NCBI GenBank assembly: GCA_965223115.1
Contig: OZ244982.1
Coordinates: 685,628 to 749,627 of the forward strand
Length of the DNA stretch: 64,000 nucleotides
Reading direction: 5' to 3'
From: Gammaproteobacteria bacterium
Lineage (GTDB): Bacteria > Pseudomonadota > Gammaproteobacteria > UBA4575
Position numbers and translations under genes: made by a program
Notes under the pieces: model-generated
Told to the model about the DNA's origin: nothing
What the model saw: the letters and a program-made list of their open reading frames with translations, nothing else
Databases searched by the model: none
Shown: piece by piece, positions 9,991-19,665 of the stretch
Layout of the letters: each line of letters begins with the position of its first letter
How positions within the stretch are numbered: position 1 is the stretch's first letter

Positions 9991-10187
9991 GGGTAGTTCC
10001 TATATATTTTATTTATAAATCATATAGTTACGAAATATATGCGATAGCTCGCTTAAAACTGAAGAAATAAAATTTCCTGTGGTTAAATAATTATGACATT
10101 GTTCTACTATAACTTTTTAATGACAGATTATTAAGCTTTAAAAAGTTTTTTAAGTATTTGCTTAATGGGAATATATTTTATTTATAG

Positions 10188-10877
10188 TTATTCCAATGCA
10201 GACTTTATGGTTTTTACCGCACCTCCACAATAATTTGTGACAGATGAATATAGATCTTGCATTACTTTTTCTAAGTATGAAGGAGTGGTGTTTTCATTTC
10301 CTTGGATAATAAATAGAACATCTTTCGTATCTAAGGTAATTTTGGTTGCATCAGCCTGACGGCATTCTAACCTACAAATTACATTATCATCTTGCATGTA
10401 ACAGTATTCACCTGAATTTATTTTCTCCAATTTGTTTTTACCTAATGGAATAAATGTTTCTGTCCCTTTTGCTATACACAAGCTGATTTTGTTTCCTAGC
10501 TGCTCAGCGTCATGTGCGCCTAGAGATAGTCTACTACTGATAGAAATACAGTTATAAATATCAACAAGTAAATTAATTTGCGGTAAAGATCCATTTTTTA
10601 GCAATAGTGAAATTAAACTTTGTGGAGATGGAACTAGTTTTGAATCTAAACAACCTGCGCTTTTATGTAACTCTTCAAATCCCTGCAAAATGGGATCTTT
10701 AGATAAGTCACTTTTAGAATATTCTTGCTTAAGTTTTGTGAAGAGGGTGTTTTTATATAATTCAAATTCAGGATGTGTCGTTTTATTCACTAATCCATCA
10801 ATACTAAATACTGCACACTTAACACCTAGTACTTTAACCTCTGGTGTTAACGTAAACTTTATATTTTTATTGCCCAC
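10188..10877 (-). CDS. Stand-alone B3/B4 (PheRS editing-domain-like) protein
   Basis: PSPQSL...LPQINLLVDIYNCIS...LGAHD...GEYCYMQD...CR...RQAD.TKI pattern typical of free B3/4 proteins. Confidence 0.8.
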   Translation of the reverse strand: MGNKNIKFTLTPEVKVLGVKCAVFSIDGLVNKTTHPEFELYKNTLFTKLKQEYSKSDLSKDPILQGFEELHKSAGCLDSKLVPSPQSLISLLLKNGSLPQINLLVDIYNCISISSRLSLGAHDAEQLGNKISLCIAKGTETFIPLGKNKLEKINSGEYCYMQDDNVICRLECRQADATKITLDTKDVLFIIQGNENTTPSYLEKVMQDLYSSVTNYCGGAVKTIKSALE

Positions 10878-10978
10878 CTAAATATAATTAGAAATGGAAA
10901 ATGTGAATAAGGTTAAATAATAAAGGAGTAAATTAGATTTGGCTAGATTATTTGAAATTGATTGAATTCCAAATAAAT

Positions 10979-11698
10979 TTATGTGTGTTTTGACTTTAAA
11001 AGTGTCGTAATGGCTGTGTAGCCAATAGGTGTGCCATGAAATTCTCTAAATGCATCTTTAAAGCATGACCACATATAGTCTGCTGATGCATTATCAAATA
11101 AGAAATGAAATGCAGGGATGTCATGAATATCGTTACGTATAATAATTGCATTTAAGCGTGCTACTGAAGTTTGTGCGATAGCATAATTTGAAAATTTATG
11201 AGTGCGTAAGTCTACACCACACATTTTCGCGAACATGTCGCTAGAATATTGTCCAGTAATAAGAAACCATGCAGAGGAATTAAAGCGGGGTACGGAGTAG
11301 CATTTTATAGGTTTCTCTTGCTGATATGCATTGTCGAATAATATACATTGGTTTTGTTTGTCATTCATTGCATTTAGAACTAAGACTTCAGTATCCGCTA
11401 ACCTAGCAATTATTGAACCGTTATTTTGTATATAACAGCAATTGTTTTGTGCGCCAATCTCTGCACCTTGTAAATGTGTCCATTGAATAGCTTCTTGGCC
11501 TTTAAAGCCAGTTCGCGGTAGCATGCATAAATCAGCTATACCAAGTAGTTTGGCTTGAGCAATTTCTTGTTCAGTGCTTTGGCCGTAATTATCAACAAGT
11601 GCTGCACCATTTAGCTCTATAAACTGGGCTCCTTCAGCTTGTAGAGTTCGATAGTGTGGACTACGTGTAATGAAATTTGTTGCTTGTAACTGTGACAT
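10979..11698 (-). CDS. mgdD: N-methylglutamate dehydrogenase subunit D (sarcosine oxidase gamma-like)
   Basis: IADLCMLPRTGFKG, FAKMCGVDLR, AQTSVAR; last gene of a four-gene Sox-like operon. Confidence 0.8.
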   Translation of the reverse strand: MSQLQATNFITRSPHYRTLQAEGAQFIELNGAALVDNYGQSTEQEIAQAKLLGIADLCMLPRTGFKGQEAIQWTHLQGAEIGAQNNCCYIQNNGSIIARLADTEVLVLNAMNDKQNQCILFDNAYQQEKPIKCYSVPRFNSSAWFLITGQYSSDMFAKMCGVDLRTHKFSNYAIAQTSVARLNAIIIRNDIHDIPAFHFLFDNASADYMWSCFKDAFREFHGTPIGYTAITTLLKSKHT

Positions 11699-11700
11699 GG

Positions 11701-14625
11701 TTACATTTCTTGGCGTTTATTTTCAGAGTCATAAAATGGTATTTCAACTACATCGGCTGTAATGATGCTTCCACTGGTAAGTTTGATTGTAATTTGCATA
11801 CCAGGCTCTGTGTTGGCTTTGGCAAAAGCCAATCCAATCGTTTTTTTAAGAATAGGTGAATAACCAACAGAAGTTATATGGCCAACTATCTTTTCATTAT
11901 CTAAAATAAGATTAGATTCTTTAGGTGTTTCGCCTGTTGATTGTTCAATCGAAAAACCAACAAGCTTTCGTTCTGAAGGGTGGTTGTCTATCAGTTGTAA
12001 CGAACGTCCGCCAACAAAGAATGGTTTTTTGTTAGCTATTGCCCATGTCATTTGCACTTCTTGAGGAGTGGTCATAGCATCTGTGTCTTGTCCTACAATG
12101 ATATGTCCCTTTTCTAACCGTAATAAACGTTGTGCTTCGATGCCTACAGGTTGGATATTATGTTCTTTGCCAGTTTCTAACAATAAATCCCATAAAGCTT
12201 CGCCTTGAGAGTAGGGCACATGAATCTCATAGCCGAGTTCGCCGACAAAGCCAACACGTAGTAAACGTGCAGGGATATTCGCTATAGTGCCGCTGCGTAA
12301 TGCTAAATAAGGAAAACCTTCAGGTGATAAATCAATGTCATTACAAACTTTTTGTAATACTTCTCGGGATTTTGGGCCAGCAAGATTTATACCTGCATAG
12401 GCTGCCGTGACATTGGTGATATCTACATCTAAACGCCATTGTGCATTCCACCACAACATAGTTCTATACACATTATCTACACCACCTGTTGTCGCGGTTA
12501 AATAAAAATGTTCATCATTAAATCGGCAGGCAATACCATCATCGATAATCGTTCCAGCTAAGTTGGTCATTAATAAGTAGCGTGTGGTGTCATTTTTTTG
12601 CTTTGCATATGCAAAAGTATAGATTCGGTTTAAAAATTCCGCTGCATCAGGGCCACGTACTTCGAGCCCACCTAATGTAGTTACATCAATTACACCTACG
12701 TTGTTGCGAATAGCTAAGTTTTCATTTTGAATACATTGTTCACGATTTTGTTTGGCACCATAGTAAGCAGGACGCCACCATGTGCCAGCAGGTATCATCT
12801 GCGCGCCTGCTTCTAAGTGCCTGTGATGAATAGCAGTAAAACGTTCGGGCTCAAAACCGCGGCCAGCAATTACACCCAATTTCTCTGCACGAAAAGGTGG
12901 ACGTGAAGTCGTTACACCTACTTCGGCAACAGTGCGGTTAGTTTCTTTTGCAACCAGACGGGCTGTAGCAAGTGCAGAGTGGCGGCCTTGTGAGGGACCC
13001 ATACCAACGGTTGAGTAACGCTTTACTAGTTCAAGTTCTGCATAACCATCTTTACATGCATTAATAATATCTGCGAGCTGTAAGTCTTCGTCAAGATCTA
13101 CAAACTCTTTACCTTTAGGGTGTGCAAAGATTGGCCAAGGATGATTACTACTTGTATATGTAGTTATAGGATCTGTTTGTATAAAGTTGGAATCATTAAC
13201 GTTGAGCCCTAAATTGGCACTGGCGATTTTTGCTGCATGTCTACCAGATTCTATGAGTGCGTTTAGCTCATTAATGCCATTAACTGCTCCTGCGAGATGT
13301 AAGCATTTTGGTAATTGTGTAATCGAAAACATAGCAGTCTCATCATCATATGAAATTTTGCCGCCAGCTTGTAAAGCAAGTTGGTAAGTTGGTGTGAAGC
13401 CTACTGAAATACACAAAAGGTCGCATTCATAATGCTGTGATTCATTTGAGCACTGTCCTTGCGCGATTATTTTGCGCAGTTCAACTTGGCTAATATGATT
13501 ATTATTTGTTTTTGCTTGTGCCGCATAAACAGTATATCCGCAGTGGATGGCTATATTTGAATTGGAAATTTTTTCATAAAAAGTAGTTTTATCAGGTGCT
13601 TTACGCAAGTCGGCAATAGCAGTGATTTCTACACCATGATCTAATAAATCTAATGCGGTGGCATAACCATCATCACTTGCCGTTAATATGACTGCGCGTT
13701 TTCCTGGTCGTACACCATATAAATGAATTAAGCGCTGTGCAGCAGATCCAAGTAATATTCCTGGAAGGTCATTGTTATGAAAGATTGCTGGTTGTTCCAT
13801 TTTTCCAGAAGCAAGTATCATTTCTTTAGCGCGTAATTTGTACATGCGATTTTCTTTAATTATGGGTAACCAGTTGTCGGCAAACCATCCGTTACAAACT
13901 GAATCTGTCATCACATCGATATTGGGGTGTTTGCATACTGATTCGACTAGCTCATTGCGGAGAGTAGGTGCAATAGATGCTTCGACATCTATGCGTGCAT
14001 AATTTAGTGAACCACCTAGAACGGGTTCTTGTTCAATCAGTACAACTTCAGCACCTGCATTAGCAGCAGTAAGTGCGGCAGTAAGCCCCGCAGGGCCACT
14101 ACCGATTACCGCAACATCACAGAATTTATAGCTTTTATCATAATAACCATGCACTACATTTTGATTTACATAACCAAGTCCAGCGCGTTTGCGTACTATC
14201 GGTTCCCAGAATTTTTCCCAGATACCATGAGGTCGGAAAAAGGCTTTGTAATAGAAACCAACTGGGAGAAACTTTCTGAAAAAGCTTATTCTTGCTTCTT
14301 TATCATTTTCTAAACTGCCTGTGTAGTTTTGCCCACTAACTTTTAAATTGCTTGAAATGTTGCGCCGATCTGCTGCGACATTTGGTTCATTTTCGAGTTG
14401 TACTAATGTGTTAGCTTCCAATCCAACCATCGACATAATGCCGCGAGGGCGGTGATATTTAAATGAACGCGATAATAGCCAAACATCATTTGCTGCCAAT
14501 GCACTGGCAATAGTATCTCCAGCTAACCCTGTATAGTTTTTGCCTTCAAAAGTAAAGGTAATAGGTTCGCTATGATCTACAAGTAATCCTGTAGAACTTT
14601 GTAAGCGATTAGGTGAGGTCGCCAT
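11701..14625 (-). CDS. mgdC: N-methylglutamate dehydrogenase subunit C (sarcosine oxidase alpha-like, folate-binding)
   Basis: GDTIASALAAN, RSFKYHRPRG, GSGPAG, KRYSTVGMGPSQG, GcvT-like C-terminus (GFVGELGYEIH). Confidence 0.9.
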   Translation of the reverse strand: MATSPNRLQSSTGLLVDHSEPITFTFEGKNYTGLAGDTIASALAANDVWLLSRSFKYHRPRGIMSMVGLEANTLVQLENEPNVAADRRNISSNLKVSGQNYTGSLENDKEARISFFRKFLPVGFYYKAFFRPHGIWEKFWEPIVRKRAGLGYVNQNVVHGYYDKSYKFCDVAVIGSGPAGLTAALTAANAGAEVVLIEQEPVLGGSLNYARIDVEASIAPTLRNELVESVCKHPNIDVMTDSVCNGWFADNWLPIIKENRMYKLRAKEMILASGKMEQPAIFHNNDLPGILLGSAAQRLIHLYGVRPGKRAVILTASDDGYATALDLLDHGVEITAIADLRKAPDKTTFYEKISNSNIAIHCGYTVYAAQAKTNNNHISQVELRKIIAQGQCSNESQHYECDLLCISVGFTPTYQLALQAGGKISYDDETAMFSITQLPKCLHLAGAVNGINELNALIESGRHAAKIASANLGLNVNDSNFIQTDPITTYTSSNHPWPIFAHPKGKEFVDLDEDLQLADIINACKDGYAELELVKRYSTVGMGPSQGRHSALATARLVAKETNRTVAEVGVTTSRPPFRAEKLGVIAGRGFEPERFTAIHHRHLEAGAQMIPAGTWWRPAYYGAKQNREQCIQNENLAIRNNVGVIDVTTLGGLEVRGPDAAEFLNRIYTFAYAKQKNDTTRYLLMTNLAGTIIDDGIACRFNDEHFYLTATTGGVDNVYRTMLWWNAQWRLDVDITNVTAAYAGINLAGPKSREVLQKVCNDIDLSPEGFPYLALRSGTIANIPARLLRVGFVGELGYEIHVPYSQGEALWDLLLETGKEHNIQPVGIEAQRLLRLEKGHIIVGQDTDAMTTPQEVQMTWAIANKKPFFVGGRSLQLIDNHPSERKLVGFSIEQSTGETPKESNLILDNEKIVGHITSVGYSPILKKTIGLAFAKANTEPGMQITIKLTSGSIITADVVEIPFYDSENKRQEM

Positions 14626-14655
14626 ATTTATTTTTATTTCTTAAAAATATTCCAT

Positions 14656-14931
14656 TTAGAAGTCGATACGCTTAGAAAAAATTTTACTGGCTGGGTATGT
14701 TTTTAAAATTTCGTCGGTTAAAGTATTACGTTCTGCGATAAACCAATATGAAGTGGCGGCATGGCACCACCATTCGCGAATTATCCCGGCTGTGTTGTTC
14801 GAAAGCCACATAAAATCAGCCCATTCTTCGTCACTCATTTCCTTTGGATTAGGCATTTCTGTTACTTCACCAAAACAGATAAATTCTGAGATGTTGCGAG
14901 GGCCATTGAGGGGACAATTCATGATTTTCAT
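14656..14931 (-). CDS. mgdB: N-methylglutamate dehydrogenase subunit B (sarcosine oxidase delta-like)
   Basis: CPLNGPRNISEF, EWWCH, ERNTLTDEI. Confidence 0.88.
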   Translation of the reverse strand: MKIMNCPLNGPRNISEFICFGEVTEMPNPKEMSDEEWADFMWLSNNTAGIIREWWCHAATSYWFIAERNTLTDEILKTYPASKIFSKRIDF

Positions 14932-14942
14932 AAGTCCACTCG

Positions 14943-16184
14943 CTAATGGCTAGCCGCTGTGGCACCAGCTTCGTTGGAAAGTTTAAATGTTTTAAAACGA
15001 TCGAGCTTGAATGGTTCAATCATTTTGACGGTTTTTTCTTGAGCAATCGTTTCAGCCATACATTTTCCTGAGATAGGTGTGGCTTTAAATCCCCACGTTC
15101 CCCAGCCCGCATCTAACCAATAATTTTTTATTGGGCTTTCTCCCATAATAGGGCTGTAGTCTGGTGTCATATCAGTAATGCCTGCCCATTGGCGTAATAA
15201 TTTTAGTTCTGCGAAGAAAGGAAATAACTCTAATGCATGTGCAATAAGGCTTTCTTTGAGATCAAGAGTAGAGCGAGTTGAGTACAGTTCATATGGATCG
15301 GAACCACCACCAATTATAATTTCACCACGAGCAGTTTGAGAAACATATGCATGCAAACCTGCAGAACTGACTAATGGATTTAGGAATGGTTTGATTGGTT
15401 GTGTGACCATCGCTTGTAGTGGGTAGCTACGGATCGGTAGTAAGATACCCGCCATTTTCGCAACTACGGAACTCATGCCGGCAACCGCTTGTATTGCATG
15501 TCCGCATTGAATGGTACCACGATTTGTTTCGATAGCCGTTACTTGCCCTGCTTCAATTTGTATACCTGTTACTTCTGTACGTTGGTGGATTTCAACACCT
15601 AGTTGTGCAGCACGCATGGCATAACCCCATGCCACGGAGTCATGTCGAGCTGTTCCTCCATCACGATGCCAAAGACCTGCCAGAATTGGAAAACGTGCAT
15701 TTTCATTCATATTTATACATGGCACGATTTCACGAATTTGCTTACGATCGATCATTTCTGAACGTATGCCTAAGTGTTTATTTACTTCTGCACGTAAAGA
15801 AAAAGTACGAATGCTTGCATCGGTATGAGCGAGAGTAAGTTGTCCTCGTTGTGAGTACATTTGATTGTAGCCTAATTCATTGGCTAGGTTTTTAAATAGA
15901 TCCACTGATGCTTTATAAAATGTGACAGCTCCTGGAGAAATATAGTTAGAACGAATTACTGCAGTATTACGCGCTGTATTACCTCCGCCCACGTAACCTT
16001 TATCAAGTACTACGATATTAGTTATACCGTGATAACGTGCTAAATGATAAGCAGTAGATAAACCGTGGCCACCTGCACCAATAATTACAACATCATAAGA
16101 TTTTTTTAAATCACATGGCGCTGGAATATCACGTCGAGCAGGATATTTAGTAGAAAAACCGTATTTTAATAAACCCCAAGGCAT
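14943..16184 (-). CDS. mgdA: N-methylglutamate dehydrogenase subunit A (sarcosine oxidase beta-like, FAD)
   Basis: GAGGHG dinucleotide fold, GGNTARNT, WAGITDMTPD, GWGTWGFKATP, C-terminal EAGATAASH. Confidence 0.9.
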   Translation of the reverse strand: MPWGLLKYGFSTKYPARRDIPAPCDLKKSYDVVIIGAGGHGLSTAYHLARYHGITNIVVLDKGYVGGGNTARNTAVIRSNYISPGAVTFYKASVDLFKNLANELGYNQMYSQRGQLTLAHTDASIRTFSLRAEVNKHLGIRSEMIDRKQIREIVPCINMNENARFPILAGLWHRDGGTARHDSVAWGYAMRAAQLGVEIHQRTEVTGIQIEAGQVTAIETNRGTIQCGHAIQAVAGMSSVVAKMAGILLPIRSYPLQAMVTQPIKPFLNPLVSSAGLHAYVSQTARGEIIIGGGSDPYELYSTRSTLDLKESLIAHALELFPFFAELKLLRQWAGITDMTPDYSPIMGESPIKNYWLDAGWGTWGFKATPISGKCMAETIAQEKTVKMIEPFKLDRFKTFKLSNEAGATAASH

Positions 16185-16440
16185 ATGTAGTTCCTAGATT
16201 ATCTGTATGTGTGTTTTGGTCTATTTAAAACAGTCCTACAATTTATTGTTTTATTCTGAGTAATGCTATTTAGTTACTTCATTAAGAACTTGTTATGATT
16301 GACCTAGTTTTACTATTTATATGGATAGTTTAATAAATCATAGAGAATCATTCGTTGTGCTGCATTTTTGGTCAATTGCTCGAAAGAATTACTACTAAAT
16401 GAGTAACATAAAAGTAAATAATTAAATTAATTAGTGTTAC

Positions 16441-17211
16441 TTACAATGTGTTGTTGATAATTAAATTGACTGCTTCTCCGATATCTTTTGCGATTCGTGT
16501 CTCAGTATCTTGTATTTGTTGATTATCAGTTGCTTTGTATTTGCCTGTTTGTACAAGTATTGTTTGCAATCCAGCATGGAAAGCACCGTTAATATCAGAA
16601 TCGACGTCATCCCCGATCATGACTGCTTCTCCAGGTCTGCAGCCAAAATTTTTAATGGCTGTATGGAAAAATTCTTTAGCAGGCTTTCCAAGCACTGTAG
16701 CTTTTTGCCCAGTTGCTATTTCTAATGCATATACAAAAGGACCGGCATCTAAGCTAAACCCATCTTCTTCTTTAAAATAGCGATTTTTACCCATTGCTAG
16801 TAGAGGGGCTCCCGAAAATACATATCTAAATGCAGTATTTAATTTTTCATAAGTAAAGTCAGTGCCGGCATCTCCAACTAAGACGCAATTAAATTCGTTG
16901 TCACCGAAATCTGAAAATTCAGATAGCAGGTTAGAGTGTATTAACAAATAAGGCTTTAAATTTCTTTTTTTTATATATTCTTTTGCCGCAAGGGGAGTTG
17001 TGAACAGTTGATTTTCATCTATTTCAAACTCCATAGCAGAAAGTTTCTTTATAATGTCTACGCGAGTACTTCGTGTTGTATTTGTAATAAAGCGTAGTGG
17101 TAGATTATGAGTATGTAGTTGGTGAATTGCCTCTAATGCGCCAGGTATGGGTTTATTCCCAATATAAAGCACTCCACTTAAATCTAACAGTATGGCTTTA
17201 ATCATGATCAA
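16441..17211 (-). CDS. HAD subfamily IIA hydrolase (LHPP/HDHD2-like)
   Basis: LLDLSGVLY, TNTT, LGKP, MIGDDVDSDI, TGKY. Confidence 0.85.
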   Translation of the reverse strand: MIMIKAILLDLSGVLYIGNKPIPGALEAIHQLHTHNLPLRFITNTTRSTRVDIIKKLSAMEFEIDENQLFTTPLAAKEYIKKRNLKPYLLIHSNLLSEFSDFGDNEFNCVLVGDAGTDFTYEKLNTAFRYVFSGAPLLAMGKNRYFKEEDGFSLDAGPFVYALEIATGQKATVLGKPAKEFFHTAIKNFGCRPGEAVMIGDDVDSDINGAFHAGLQTILVQTGKYKATDNQQIQDTETRIAKDIGEAVNLIINNTL

Positions 17212-17370
17212 TACGGAATAAGTAAAAGCTTATTTCCATGTTATATGCCAGTAAAAGTATTTTGTCTATGTTTTAACATATGAAATTTATATGGTTGAGA
17301 ATAATAAATTTACTTATTTGATTTTTAGTATCTATATTTAAAATTTTAGCAATCACTATAAATAAATAAT

Positions 17371-18071
17371 ATGCTAATTCAAAAAGAATTAAAAAGATTA
17401 GCCAATCCAGATATTGCTGAGCATAGTTAACGTTTTTTTTAAGACTAAAGAAGGTGAGTATGGGTTTGGAGATATTTTTATTGGCGTAAGAGTTCCTGTA
17501 CTAAGGAAACTAGCAAAAAAATATACTAATCTTAATTTTGCAAATGTAGAAAAACATATTAAATGAAAAATTCATGGAGAGCGTCTTACAGGCTTATTGA
17601 TTCTTGTTAATAAGTACAAGTCTGCTGCAGACGAAAAGGGAAAGAATAAGATATATAAAATTTATATAAAGCATTTTAAGTATATTAATAATTGGTATCT
17701 TGTAGATGTGACATGTTCGCATATTGTTGGGGTGCAGTTGATGGGTCGAAATAGGGAAGTGCTGTATAAGTGGGCACGGTCAAATCATTTGTGGATTAAA
17801 AGAATAGCAATAATTTCCAATTGGCGGTTTATTAGGAATGGTGATTTAAATGACGTTTTTAAAATCTCTGAAATCCTTTTAAAAGATGAGCACGATCTTA
17901 TCCACAAAGCAGTTGGTTGGAGGTTAAGAGAAGCAGGCAAAAAGAATATAAAAGCATTAGATGCTTTTTTTAAAAAAACACTACAAATCCATGCCGAGAA
18001 CTATGTTACGTTATTCTATTGAAAAGATGCCAGAGTCAAAACTTCAGAAATACCTTAAAGGCAAAATATAA
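17371..18071 (+). pseudogene. Disrupted DNA alkylation repair (AlkD-like) gene
   Basis: Reconstructs to [30 protein letters not shown]...GVRVP...HDLIHKAVGW.LRE...MPRTMLRYSIEK. TAA at 17428, +1 shift in the T-run near 17433-17440, TGA at 17564, second shift near 17965-17978. Confidence 0.85.
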
Positions 18072-18192
18072 AATGACATTTTATTATTAATAAAGCAAAG
18101 CTAACAGCCACATATTAAATGGAATATCCACTAGTGATTAGTATGCATAAAATGTTTACTATTAACTATAAGGGTTTTATATAAATGAAGAA

Positions 18193-19629
18193 TTGTGTAT
18201 GGTTTATTTATATGTAGTTGGTATTTTTTTAATTTTAGCACTTGCTTCATATTCTGCTATTCATGCGCTAACAAACAAAAGAGATCCTAGAGCTGCTTTT
18301 AGCTGGATTGCGGTATGTTTTATACTGCCACTTTTAGGGCCACTCCTCTATTTTTTGTTTGGTATCAATCGTGTTCGCTCACGTGCACAAAAACTTTCTC
18401 ATTCCTTATTAAAAATAGACTCATCAGGGCTTGATAAAAAATCAATCAACACATTAAGTGGTTTTATCCCAGAGACTTTGCAAAACCTACAATATGTATC
18501 GCATTGTGTTACAGGATCACCTGTTATAGGTGGCAATAATATAGATATTTTATACTCAGGGCATCAAACTTACCCTGCAATGTTAAAAGCAATCCGTGAG
18601 TCTGAAAGTTACATTTACTTGTGTGTATACATATTTAAACTAGATAAGGTTGGTGAACAGTTTATTCACGCGCTAGTGGCAGCGAAAAATCGTGGTGTAG
18701 AAGTATTTATATTAATCGATGGTATAGGTGAGTTTTATTCTTGGAAAAAAGCACGTAAGGCCCTTAATAATTTTAATATCCAAGTTCGTAGTTTTTTACC
18801 GCCTAAATTAATTCCTTTTAATTTTTATATTAATTTGCGCAATCATCGTAAGTTATTAGTTGTCGATGACAAAATTAGTTTCATAGGAGGTATGAATATT
18901 AGTGATGAGTATTTTCATGAAGATAAAGAAGATAAGCACTCTCTAAAAGATGTTCACTTTAAGGTAACTGGACCAATAACGCTGCAATTTAAAAAAGTAT
19001 TTGAAAGTGATTGGCATTTTGCTGGAGGTAAAAACTTATCAGTAAAAAATAATCACACAATAGATGCAAAAACTGAGGCACCTATATATTGCCGTGCGAT
19101 CTCAGATGGTCCCGCAGAAAATATTGATCATTTATCTATTATTTTACTTACAGCAATTAATTCCGCTACTGATACTATCATGCTGATGACACCTTATTTT
19201 CTACCTAGTCGTGAATTAATTAGTGCCATGCATACTGCGGCAATAAGGGGTGTAAAGATTAGCATTATTTTGCCAGAGAAAAATAATCTAAGTTATGTTT
19301 CATGGGCATCACGCCATATGTTGTGGGAGCTGCTTGAAATAGGTATTGATATATATATGCAGCCAGAGCCTTTTGAGCACTCAAAACTATTTATTGTTGA
19401 TTATCAATATAGTTTAGTCGGTTCTGCTAATATAGATCCACGTAGTCTTCGACTGAATTATGAAATAGCGATGGAGGTCTATGACAAAAAACTTACCACT
19501 GACTTAAGTCAATATTTTCAAGCTATATTGCAAAGCTGTAGTCGCATGACTTTAGAGGAAGTTAATAACCGACGGTTGATTATTAAAATTCGTGATGGTA
19601 TAGCATGGCTATTTTCACCTTATTTATAA
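18193..19629 (+). CDS. cls: Cardiolipin synthase
   Basis: Two HKD motifs (RNHRKLLVVDD, EHSKLFIVD), GGMNI, GSANIDPRS, N-terminal TM helices. Confidence 0.92.
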   Translation: MCMVYLYVVGIFLILALASYSAIHALTNKRDPRAAFSWIAVCFILPLLGPLLYFLFGINRVRSRAQKLSHSLLKIDSSGLDKKSINTLSGFIPETLQNLQYVSHCVTGSPVIGGNNIDILYSGHQTYPAMLKAIRESESYIYLCVYIFKLDKVGEQFIHALVAAKNRGVEVFILIDGIGEFYSWKKARKALNNFNIQVRSFLPPKLIPFNFYINLRNHRKLLVVDDKISFIGGMNISDEYFHEDKEDKHSLKDVHFKVTGPITLQFKKVFESDWHFAGGKNLSVKNNHTIDAKTEAPIYCRAISDGPAENIDHLSIILLTAINSATDTIMLMTPYFLPSRELISAMHTAAIRGVKISIILPEKNNLSYVSWASRHMLWELLEIGIDIYMQPEPFEHSKLFIVDYQYSLVGSANIDPRSLRLNYEIAMEVYDKKLTTDLSQYFQAILQSCSRMTLEEVNNRRLIIKIRDGIAWLFSPYL

Positions 19630-19665
19630 TAGTGCAAACAAGTTAATTCATGTGTATATAAAATT

